A stretch of 25,192 nt of DNA from Planctomycetota bacterium (lineage in GTDB: Bacteria; Planctomycetota; GCA-002687715; DRQF01), in assembly GCA_027001995.1 (NCBI GenBank), contig JALTLO010000034.1, positions 1 through 25,192 on the forward strand, given 5' to 3'. The position numbers and the translations under genes are program-made. How positions within the stretch are numbered: the stretch's first letter is position 1; every line of letters starts with the position of its first letter. Positions 8,500 through 16,597 of this stretch are shown piece by piece. The notes beneath the pieces are model-generated. The model was not told the origin of the DNA, made no database searches, and saw nothing but the letters and a program-made list of their open reading frames with translations.

Positions 8500-9798
8500 T
8501 TAGGCAATAATATTGATGCCGTCATTGCTGGCGTACGTTTGTTTCGTCTTCGATTCCGCGCTGTCTTCTTGAGCCACCCAACTCGTTTCACCTTCCTGGC
8601 GGTCTCTTTTTCCTTGTTGTGTTTCACCTCGTCGTTCGTCAGACGCCGGGGCCCAGTCACTTTGATCTTGAGGGTTGTTCTTCGTTTGTACCTCGAGGGA
8701 GTCAACGTGAACCCCTGCCTCTCTCATTGTCGCCTTCAGTCCATCAAGGCCTGCAAGGAGCGCTTTCTCAACAGCTCCTGATTCCGCCGTGATTTGCCCG
8801 GTCAATCGGCCATTGCGCAGAGTCAATTGAATGTTGAGGCGACCCAACTCCGGGGGATCCACGATAAAATTGATGCGACTTGTCCCAGTTCGGACATTGA
8901 GTTTGACCTGCTTGATGATTTCATCGCTGGTGATGGGGTCGCGTGTGGCAGGGGCAGATGCTTGAGCCACATCTGTGCTTGGAGAATCGTTGGTTACATT
9001 TCCCAAGCCGAAGGCCGCAGCATTGGCATTGTCTCGGTTCCCTGGCTGGCCTCCAGAGGATGGATTTTCCTGCCCTTGAGGATCAGAAAACTGAGCCCCA
9101 TTGCCGGGGTCATAATTCACGCCGTCCCCCTGGGTCGACTGAGTTTCTGTGTTCTGCGGGGCTGGTGCTTCCACTGGCTTCTCAGCCTTCGGTGGTTTGA
9201 TCGTCTTGGCGCCTTGATCCTGAACATCGAGAAGATCCTCAGGGACTTCAGGTCCGATTTCCTCCTGGAGCATTTCCTCCAAGGGTTTCTCCAACGGTGC
9301 TTCTTCGAGCCCTGAACGAACCTCGTTGAGATCCAAAGGGGCGTTTTTTGTTGGTTCTTGGCTGACTTTCGTCCCATTTGGATCAGAGGAGGGATTTGCC
9401 CGAGGACTCGGCTCAGAAAAAGCCAAGGATAGAGGATCTGTATGTTCAGCGCCTCCAGAGTCCATCATTCCGAAGTCCAAGCCCGGGAGTTTTCCGCCAC
9501 TGGGCTCCCGCTCTTGCTGGGCTCCCCCAACGGCAAGGTTCTTGTCGGTTGTCAGAGAGTCGGCTTCCACGGGCAAACTTGGGTCCAGCAAGAGGAGTTC
9601 ACTCGCAACTTCGCTGGCTTCACTTAAGTCCTGGTGGTCCTCGGTGTCTTTTTGACCTTGGTCCAGGAGGTTGGCCCCGGAAAACTCAGCATCCTCCAAG
9701 ACTTCCCGGAAATCTTCAGATGCCCCCGTGGCCTCCAAAAGAGGAGCCTGGGGAGATTCCGCCGCCTGCGTGTCAATTGGTCCGAAGCTAACTTGCAT
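8500..9798 (-). CDS. fliK: Flagellar hook-length control protein FliK
   Basis: Long acidic, Pro-rich low-complexity N-terminus; C-terminal T3S4 domain F.VDPPELGRLNIQL...L..L...M.EAGV.V..LEV; lies upstream of flgD. Confidence 0.9.
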   Translation of the reverse strand: MQVSFGPIDTQAAESPQAPLLEATGASEDFREVLEDAEFSGANLLDQGQKDTEDHQDLSEASEVASELLLLDPSLPVEADSLTTDKNLAVGGAQQEREPSGGKLPGLDFGMMDSGGAEHTDPLSLAFSEPSPRANPSSDPNGTKVSQEPTKNAPLDLNEVRSGLEEAPLEKPLEEMLQEEIGPEVPEDLLDVQDQGAKTIKPPKAEKPVEAPAPQNTETQSTQGDGVNYDPGNGAQFSDPQGQENPSSGGQPGNRDNANAAAFGLGNVTNDSPSTDVAQASAPATRDPITSDEIIKQVKLNVRTGTSRINFIVDPPELGRLNIQLTLRNGRLTGQITAESGAVEKALLAGLDGLKATMREAGVHVDSLEVQTKNNPQDQSDWAPASDERRGETQQGKRDRQEGETSWVAQEDSAESKTKQTYASNDGINIIA

Positions 9799-9842
9799 GT
9801 TTCTCTCTCAATTCGGCGACACAAAGTCGCGCATTGAGAGAA

Positions 9843-9859
9843 AGCGAAGGCCGTGCCAG
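9843..9859 (-). promoter_or_regulatory. Sigma54 (-24/-12) promoter for fliK-flgD-flgE
   Basis: Minus strand CTGGCACGGCCTTCGCT, near the consensus TGGCAC-N5-TTGC, about 45 nt upstream of the fliK ATG. Confidence 0.8.
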
Positions 9860-9886
9860 ATCGGAATAAAACCGAGGAAGACACAC

Positions 9887-9911
9887 TAAGTCGTTGCTGT
9901 TCAAGCAGTTA
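9887..9911. promoter_or_regulatory. IHF-like binding site(s) upstream of the sigma54 promoter
   Basis: TTCAAGCAGTTA (9900-9911) and an opposed TAAGTCGTTG (9887-9896) resemble WATCAANNNNTTR, 30-50 nt upstream of the -24 box. Confidence 0.4.
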
Positions 9912-10008
9912 CAAGATAGCCGTCGAGATGCAGTGGGCGCATTTCTACTGGGATTCGGAGAGAATGGGAAAATTGTTCAGGAAGAAATCGACCAAGAATG
10001 AAAGTGTT

Positions 10009-10227
10009 TCATCTACCGCGATAGACGATACGGCCCTTCGAAAGATCGTATGGAGACATTTCAATCGTGACTGTGTCCCCTGGAAGAATGCGAATAAAGT
10101 GCTTTCTCATTCTCCCGGAGACATAGGCCAAAATGGAGTGGCCGCTTTCCAGTTCGACACGGAAACGGGCGTTTGGCAGCGCCTCCTTAACCGTGGCCTC
10201 AACTGTGATTGCGTCTTCCTTCGCCAT
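10009..10227 (-). CDS. infA: Translation initiation factor IF-1
   Basis: [60 protein letters not shown]; 72 aa. Confidence 0.99.
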   Translation of the reverse strand: MAKEDAITVEATVKEALPNARFRVELESGHSILAYVSGRMRKHFIRILPGDTVTIEMSPYDLSKGRIVYRGR

Positions 10228-10333
10228 GTACTCAACCTCTTATTTTCAGAAAGCAAGCCAACGTACATCTTACGTCGGCAGAAAAGACTATAACCGATCG
10301 TCTTCGTCACCCAATGGCCGAAAAGGATCCTTC

Positions 10334-10996
10334 ATGTCTCTCAAGTCTACTTTTCATGTGATTCTAACCCTCACTCCTCTTCTCTTGGCCCTGGGGTGTA
10401 CAACCACCCCCAACGCCTCGGAGCTCCCGACAGACGAAAGTGAGGTCCAGACAGTCGTCCAGGAGGAAAGCCCCAGAACAGAGGCGGAACCACCCCAAGA
10501 CCCTCCTATTCCTGTTTCCAGACTGAATCTCAAGGGGGTCAAGGGAGGCAAGATCACCTTCCTCGTTGCGGGCTCGCCCTCAGAGGTGGCCGATGCCTTG
10601 CTCAACTTCGACTTAAGTGCGGACCACCGGTCCTGGGCCGTTCGCTTTGAAACTCTCGAAGGGAAGAAAGGCATGACCCGTGCGCGATGGTACTTCGAAG
10701 GAAAGGCTGGTATCAATCCCACCGTTGAATTGGGGTTCTGGCGCGACACACCAAATGAGAGTGAAATTCGAATTCGCTATCGCTTGGTCAAGAAAGCCTT
10801 CGGACTCGGAGCATTCTTCGGTGATTACGTCCTCAGGCCGGATGCCCAGGATCCCACCAAGACAGCAATCACCGAGCGCACCTTTATTGACAGTGGGGTC
10901 TGGATAGCCAATGCGAGCTACGAAGAGATTGAAGCTGGGCTTCGAGAGGATGCCAAACTCCTCACCGCTTGGTTCAAATCCCGTCAACAGGATTGA
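10334..10996 (+). CDS. Hypothetical lipoprotein, possible SRPBCC/START-like fold
   Basis: ATG 10334 after AAAGGA; signal peptide ending LLALG-C (lipobox); Pro/Glu linker, then an alpha/beta domain with a C-terminal helix. The fold call is tentative. Confidence 0.7.
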   Translation: MSLKSTFHVILTLTPLLLALGCTTTPNASELPTDESEVQTVVQEESPRTEAEPPQDPPIPVSRLNLKGVKGGKITFLVAGSPSEVADALLNFDLSADHRSWAVRFETLEGKKGMTRARWYFEGKAGINPTVELGFWRDTPNESEIRIRYRLVKKAFGLGAFFGDYVLRPDAQDPTKTAITERTFIDSGVWIANASYEEIEAGLREDAKLLTAWFKSRQQD

Positions 10997-11753
10997 TCGA
11001 TTGCGGTTGTGGATAGTGCTGAAGCAAGGGCTCCCAAGAGCCGTCGTTTTTCAAGACCTCCCCTGGTCCAAAACGTGCCTTGTAGGACATGGCTGGGCAA
11101 TCTCGAACCATAAACCCAGGATGATACCATCGGCACTTTTCTCTTGCAGCCCATTCAAGCTCAAAGATCATGGACGCAATGCCTAACGACCGCTTGGAAA
11201 ACGATGGATCATAAAAGAAATAAATGGAGCTCAAGATGTTTGGTAGCAAGTCTACCAGTCCCACAGCAATCAGTTCACCATCCAAAAAGTAGTCCATCTC
11301 CCAAGAACGTTTTGATCCAGCGAACATAAATCCACGCATGCCCTCTTCGTCTGCCACCATAGGGCCAACATGCTTACTGCCTAGGTAGTTCTCCAAGAGG
11401 AGACGTTTCTCTTCCGTGTATATGGGTCTCGAGATCTCGATTTCTAAATCCAGATTACGATTCCGAGCTTTGCGAAGGCTCTTGGATGCTTTGAAGCGTG
11501 CGACCTCCACACGCATAGAGCGGCACTCCCCGCAATCTTTGCACACAGGCTGGAAGAACATGGACCCCATGCGCCGAAATCCAGATTCCAAAAGCTGCTC
11601 GTGCACCGAGGCTGTTATGTTTGGACCAGGATCAATCAGGAAGTTTTCCCAAACCCGCCCGGGGAGATAGGGGCATTCTTCCGGCGGTGACAGACTCCCC
11701 CGCCAATGGGCAATGTCCTCTATGTCCACAACGAATCTCGCATTCTCATTCAC
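10974..11753 (-). CDS. bpt: Aspartate/glutamate leucyltransferase Bpt (ATE1-like arginyltransferase family)
   Basis: CPYLPGR, GFRRMG..F.P.C..C.EC..MR, LIAVG.VD.L...LSSIYFFYDP...RSLG and C..MSYK..F.P.E. Confidence 0.9.
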   Translation of the reverse strand: MNENARFVVDIEDIAHWRGSLSPPEECPYLPGRVWENFLIDPGPNITASVHEQLLESGFRRMGSMFFQPVCKDCGECRSMRVEVARFKASKSLRKARNRNLDLEIEISRPIYTEEKRLLLENYLGSKHVGPMVADEEGMRGFMFAGSKRSWEMDYFLDGELIAVGLVDLLPNILSSIYFFYDPSFSKRSLGIASMIFELEWAAREKCRWYHPGFMVRDCPAMSYKARFGPGEVLKNDGSWEPLLQHYPQPQSINPVDGI

Positions 11754-12108
11754 ATCCTTACCGACATATTGACGTCCTGGGGGTTAAGTGGGGATACGGT
11801 TTCGGCAGAAAAAAGTCAAGAAACTTGCCTAACCGCCATACAAGAAGAAGCCGTTCTCACGCCCTCAGCCACCCCGAAAGCCAATCGGAGCAAGCAGATG
11901 ATCTCCTGCCAATCTCACAAGAAATCCATGTAAAAGTCATGTTAAGACTTGCAATCAAAAGGGGCCCGCTTACTCTCGAAACTTTGAGTACTCCGCTTAT
12001 TGACGATGCGCCGATTGGATGTGCCGTGAATCTCCCCAGAGAGCCACGGTTAATCCCATGTTTCTGACGTTGTACGCCGCCGCTTCATCTCAAGAATAGG
12101 AATTCGCA

Positions 12109-13752
12109 ATGAATCACCCCTCACGTTTTTTACTTGTTTTGGCTGCCATCTTAGCTCTATCGAGCGCAGGATTCTCCCAAGGACTCCCCCCCGTGCCGGT
12201 TCCCGCCGGGAACCCAATCACCGCGGAAAAAGCCGTACTCGGCAAGATTCTCTTCTGGGAAGAACAGTTGTCAGCAGACAACCGCCTTGCCTGTGGAACA
12301 TGTCACCTGAATGAATGGGGAGGGGGCGATCCACGTTTCGCTGTCAACCCAGGCCCGGATGGTGTCTTCGGGAATGTCGACGACATCTTTGGTTCTAGCT
12401 CGGTCCGACGGGCCGGGCCCAACAATGACTTCATACCCGATCCCAATTTTTTTCTGTTTCCTCAGGTAACAGGGCGTGCTGCTCCCACCACGATCAATGC
12501 TGCCTATTCTCCAGAGCTACTTTGGAGCGGTGCTGTGGCTGGTGGTTTTGACGATCCTGATACAGGAGCCAACATCTTGCCAACTGGTGGGGCATTGGAA
12601 ACTTTGTCTGCTGTCGTCCCACTTTCTGGAGGCCTCATGGGGCATGATAGCCGCATGTGGGCCAACGTTACGGGCAAGTTACAAAACGCTACACCTCTCA
12701 AACTTGCATCGAACATTCCAGCAGACGTGGCAACAGCCTTGGGAACCAACGCCACCTACCCAGCCCTTTTTCAAGCCGCTTTTGGAAGCACACAAATAAC
12801 AGCGGCCCGTGTCGCCATGGCTTTGGCGACCTATCAGCGCACACTCGTTTCAGATCAAACGCCATACGACGACTTCCTTAATGGCAACACCAGCGCACTG
12901 ACTTTAGCCCAACAAGCAGGTCTCAACACCTTTAATGGCGTTGGTCAATGCAACCAATGCCACAGTGGTGCGGAAACAACGGATCAGAGCTATCACAACA
13001 TCGGCATCCGCCCTGCATCTGATGATGCCGGACGTATGGACGCAACAGGGAATCCATCTGATCTTGGCCTGTTCAAGACGCCGACATTGAGAAACTTTGC
13101 CTTGCGTCCAAAGCTCATGCACAACGGGCGATTTTTTTCAATCTGGCAAGTCATTTCCTTCTACGCACGTCAAGGCGACTTCACCCAAAACCAAGATCCC
13201 ATCATGGGACAAATCGCTTTGCCAGGAAACCTGTGGCCTGACTTGGTCGACTTCCTTGTGCACGGTCTCACGGACCCGCGTGTGGCCCAAGGCCAATTCC
13301 CCTTCGATCGCCCGACACTTCACAGTGAAACCAACGGCTTCGGCTCATTCACCTTCGGCGATCATCTTGCTGGAACCGGTGGGTTTACTCCGATCATGCT
13401 CGCATTCGATCCTCCGAACATTGGCAACACGGACTACCGCTTAGGAGTCACCTCAACTCTGGGCGCCAGCACCGCATTCCTTCTGTTCTCCAATGTGCAA
13501 GCGGCGCCGAGCACGGTCTTGTCAGGCATCCCATTCGCTGTGGATGTGACAGACCCAAGCTTTGATTTCTTGGCCTTCCCAACAGCGGGCTCGGGAGCTG
13601 GGGATGGCTATGCCACAGCTCATTTCCCAATCCCGAATTCCCCTGCTCTTGTTGGCATGACCCGCTACGTTCAATGGTTGGTGTTTGATCCTGCCAGCAC
13701 TGCAACACTGCCTTACTCCGCCTCGCGAGGAGCCGAAATCGTCGTATTCTAA
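12109..13752 (+). CDS. Secreted di-heme cytochrome c peroxidase/MauG-family protein with C-terminal beta module
   Basis: Signal peptide; NPIT.EKA.LGK.LF; two CxxCH motifs (CGTCH, CNQCH); FKTPTLRN and MHNG; extra ~130 aa tail. Confidence 0.9.
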   Translation: MNHPSRFLLVLAAILALSSAGFSQGLPPVPVPAGNPITAEKAVLGKILFWEEQLSADNRLACGTCHLNEWGGGDPRFAVNPGPDGVFGNVDDIFGSSSVRRAGPNNDFIPDPNFFLFPQVTGRAAPTTINAAYSPELLWSGAVAGGFDDPDTGANILPTGGALETLSAVVPLSGGLMGHDSRMWANVTGKLQNATPLKLASNIPADVATALGTNATYPALFQAAFGSTQITAARVAMALATYQRTLVSDQTPYDDFLNGNTSALTLAQQAGLNTFNGVGQCNQCHSGAETTDQSYHNIGIRPASDDAGRMDATGNPSDLGLFKTPTLRNFALRPKLMHNGRFFSIWQVISFYARQGDFTQNQDPIMGQIALPGNLWPDLVDFLVHGLTDPRVAQGQFPFDRPTLHSETNGFGSFTFGDHLAGTGGFTPIMLAFDPPNIGNTDYRLGVTSTLGASTAFLLFSNVQAAPSTVLSGIPFAVDVTDPSFDFLAFPTAGSGAGDGYATAHFPIPNSPALVGMTRYVQWLVFDPASTATLPYSASRGAEIVVF

Positions 13753-13774
13753 GACTGCCACGATCGAGAAAGAT

Positions 13775-13816
13775 AAGAGCGTAGTTGGCCTTGGTGCCCA
13801 CTACGCTCTTTTTCTT
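13775..13816. terminator. Intrinsic terminator, probably bidirectional
   Basis: AAGAGCGTAGT...ACTACGCTCTT stem followed by a T tract, with an A-rich 5' flank; lies between two convergent genes. Confidence 0.75.
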
Positions 13817-13831
13817 GCAATACTGTAAAAG

Positions 13832-14401
13832 TTAGCGCTCCCCACCGGGCACCCAAAGGACTTCAGAATCATCTTGCTTGTTGACGAATCTCGCCAATAC
13901 AAAAAGGTAATCGGAAAGGCGATTCAAATAGTGGACTACGGATTCATTGACATCCTCCAAAGCGGCCAAAGCCACTGAACGACGCTCTGCCCGCCGCGCC
14001 ACGCAACGAGCCAGATGTAAATTGGCCCCCAGGGGCGAACCACCAGATAGGATGAAACTCTTGAGTTCCCCCAAGCTCTCGTTGTGGGTATCCATGTCCT
14101 TTTCAAGCTGAACGACTTGATCCGGAGTGACACGAAGACAGCTGCCATGCTCCTCTCCTTCTTGAGGGGGAACACAAAGGTCAGCTCCTAGGTCAAAAAG
14201 ATCATTCTGAATGCGCTCCAGTTCTTTGTCTATGGTGGCATCTGAGCAAAGTGTGCGGCAAACTCCCAAGAGAGCCCCAAGTTCATCGACTTCACCATAA
14301 GCCCATATCCTCGGGTCGTCTTTGCTAACACGTTTGCCGTTGCCCAAGCCAGTCTCACCTTTATCCCCTGACTTGGTGTAGATACGTGACAAATGAACCA
14401 T
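13832..14401 (-). CDS. pduO: ATP:cob(I)alamin adenosyltransferase, PduO type
   Basis: IYTKSGDKGETGL..G.RVSKDD.RI.AYGEVDEL, IQNDLFDLGADL, FIL.GG, AR.VARRAER and YLNRLSDYLFVLAR. Confidence 0.95.
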   Translation of the reverse strand: MVHLSRIYTKSGDKGETGLGNGKRVSKDDPRIWAYGEVDELGALLGVCRTLCSDATIDKELERIQNDLFDLGADLCVPPQEGEEHGSCLRVTPDQVVQLEKDMDTHNESLGELKSFILSGGSPLGANLHLARCVARRAERRSVALAALEDVNESVVHYLNRLSDYLFVLARFVNKQDDSEVLWVPGGER

Positions 14402-14417
14402 GATCTTGCCTCCGAGT

Positions 14418-15560
14418 TTAGGACGTTTGATTGTCCCGTAGTTGTGTTTCCGCTCGTTTGATTTCTTCTAACACTTGAGGATCTCTCAAGTAGGGATTGA
14501 CTGCTCCAGTCACGCTCATCAAAACACTGTAAAACCGAAGAGCCGCTTCAGAATGATTCTCTTCCAAATGTGCACGAGCCAAAACTCGATTGGCGTCTAA
14601 CAGGCCACATTTCCCCACAGACTTGGCAAATCTCGGGTCTTCGATGTCCTCTTGCAAAAGCTCAAGGACATGAGCACTGTGTCCAACGTCACCATGGCGG
14701 CTGGCAACCAGTAAACGCGCTTCACCATCTTGATCACTCATTTGATTCAACCATGCATCATAGTGAATCAAACCACGAACTTGAAGGGAGCCCCTTCTTT
14801 CTTCTTGTTCTTCCAACAATGACAGGTGCCACAGATAGTCGGCAATAGAACGCCTCGTCGATACAATTTCGGGGCTTCGTTGACAACCTTCGCCGTGCGC
14901 ATCCAAAATCTCTTGATCGGCTTCCGCTTGATCCAGCTGCCCGATCTTGAGCCGCGCTTCAATACGCAGCGCGAGTGCTGGCAAGACAAGAATGATCCAT
15001 TTGTGATGAGCCTTTTCAAAGTCACTCAGGTGCTGAAGGACATTGTGCAAGAGAGTTTCTGTAACTTGAGAGTCTTCTTGGGAAAGGGCGAGATAGTACA
15101 GTGACTTCGCACGATGAAAGGTCGCGCTGGCGACCAATCCGGCGAGGTCGTCCTTATTCTTCCCTTCAGCGGCATCAGCATTCTGAAGAAACTCAGTGAA
15201 TACCTGAATCGCAGCCATGAGGAGTGATCGCCCTTCTGCTCGATCTCTCTCGATCAAGCTCAAACCTCGAAAGTGCTGCTGAAAAGCGTCCCTCAGATGA
15301 GACATCTTCGGTTCCGAGGATGAAGACGGCATCCACTGATCTAAGGACCGAGAGATTTCCTCATTGAGGTCTAAACGTCTTGGTCTTCCTCGCAACCAAA
15401 AGAGAATCCCCACCAAGGTGAGAGCGATCGGCAAGGCCACCCCTCCCGGTGGCGGCAGGGCAACTCCAGAAACGACAGCAACAATAAAAAAAGCAATGGC
15501 CGCCCCACGCATGGAGCGGGCAACGCGATAAATTTCTTGTATCCTGGGACTGTAGGACAA
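14418..15560 (-). CDS. Hypothetical membrane protein with all-helical (TPR-like) soluble domain
   Basis: 380 aa ORF, two N-terminal TM segments, helical repeat-like remainder; ends 16 nt before pduO. TTG start uncertain. Confidence 0.7.
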   Translation of the reverse strand: MSYSPRIQEIYRVARSMRGAAIAFFIVAVVSGVALPPPGGVALPIALTLVGILFWLRGRPRRLDLNEEISRSLDQWMPSSSSEPKMSHLRDAFQQHFRGLSLIERDRAEGRSLLMAAIQVFTEFLQNADAAEGKNKDDLAGLVASATFHRAKSLYYLALSQEDSQVTETLLHNVLQHLSDFEKAHHKWIILVLPALALRIEARLKIGQLDQAEADQEILDAHGEGCQRSPEIVSTRRSIADYLWHLSLLEEQEERRGSLQVRGLIHYDAWLNQMSDQDGEARLLVASRHGDVGHSAHVLELLQEDIEDPRFAKSVGKCGLLDANRVLARAHLEENHSEAALRFYSVLMSVTGAVNPYLRDPQVLEEIKRAETQLRDNQTS

Positions 15561-15697
15561 TTTGCCAATCTCACTCTGAAGAATCTTCTGCTTTTCGCTA
15601 TGCTCTATCGAGGCAGCAACAGTCGAGTCACTAAGACCATAGGGCTGCGCGATTCAAATGCAACCAAAACACAGAAACACAAGAGTACAGTCCATCC

Positions 15698-16597
15698 ATG
15701 GCTAGGCCAATTGACTCTAACCCGATTTCTGCACACGCAATACAAGGCCAAAGGCTGCTCCTGGTTTTGGGGGGGGCGCTCTTAGCCGTTCTCTTCTTGA
15801 CTCCTCTTTGCGTGGAAGTATTAGGCACAAGACCTCGTAAGACGTCGGTCTCCATCCTTCGCTTTGCCTTCCTCGCCTTGGTGGCCCTTACGGTCAAGAA
15901 AGGCGGCCCAGGAATATCTGTGGAGGCTGGGCTTCAAACATCCGAAACTCCCCTAAGAGTCTGGGGGCGAGGATTCTTACTCGGCATGATCCCTTTAACG
16001 GTCTATGTTTTCATTCTTACGATAGTCGGAGAAAGAGCCTTCGAGGGCATCAACAACGAGTTCAAGTTCTGGACATCTGTCATCAAGTATATCCCCTTGG
16101 CCTTGGTAATCGGGTTCTTAGAAGACATGCTTTTCTTTGGGTTCCTTGCCACCCTCTTGGGCCAACGAGACCTCCCTTGCGTTCTTATCTATGCCATTTC
16201 TCACTTCTTAGCCCCGAGCAAATCCTATATCTGGAAGGAGGATTCTTGGGCTATGGGAGTTGAGGCGCTTCAGGCCATGGGCGATTCCATTCTGGGGGCA
16301 TGGGACAAACCCGTCGAGGTCATTGGTCTCGTTTTTGTTGGCTCCACCTTGGCGCTACTTTGTCGGCGTACAGGCCACATCTGGTTGGCCATGGGTGTTC
16401 ACGGCGGTTGGTACTATGTGCGAACGATCTCCCGCAAATTAGGAGAAGATTTGCCAGGACAACATGAATGGCTCTTTGGAACAGATCGTTTCTATGACGG
16501 AGTCTTGGGCTGGTTCGCTATTGCCGCAACCGGTCTTATTTTTTGCTGGACTCAATCAAGAACCAAAGAAGCAAGACAAGAATCACGCAGCCAATAG
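15698..16597 (+). CDS. CPBP/Abi (CAAX type II) intramembrane metalloprotease-like protein
   Basis: Multiple TM helices; LEDMLFFG (EExxFRG-like), YAISH (FxxxH-like) and TGHIWLAMGVHGGW (motif 4). Confidence 0.8.
   Translation: MARPIDSNPISAHAIQGQRLLLVLGGALLAVLFLTPLCVEVLGTRPRKTSVSILRFAFLALVALTVKKGGPGISVEAGLQTSETPLRVWGRGFLLGMIPLTVYVFILTIVGERAFEGINNEFKFWTSVIKYIPLALVIGFLEDMLFFGFLATLLGQRDLPCVLIYAISHFLAPSKSYIWKEDSWAMGVEALQAMGDSILGAWDKPVEVIGLVFVGSTLALLCRRTGHIWLAMGVHGGWYYVRTISRKLGEDLPGQHEWLFGTDRFYDGVLGWFAIAATGLIFCWTQSRTKEARQESRSQ

Noticed and set aside
8490..8705. Basic 72-aa N-terminal extension of FlgD
   Set aside because: It overlaps the fliK 3' end in another frame; the real start is ATG 8489 with its own RBS.
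9853..10333. ORF 9853-10293 and the upstream extension of the 10133 ORF
   Set aside because: Both are antisense to the highly conserved infA; the lipoprotein signal peptide starts at 10334.
11754..12108. Possible ncRNA or small ORFs in the bpt-peroxidase divergent gap (short palindromes AAGTC..GACTT and TACTC..GAGTA)
   Set aside because: Arms are only 5 bp, there is no tRNA or riboswitch consensus, and the ORFs lack RBS and motifs.
15561..15697. Cobalamin riboswitch upstream of the pduO-containing unit
   Set aside because: The gap is short and has no recognisable B12-box.
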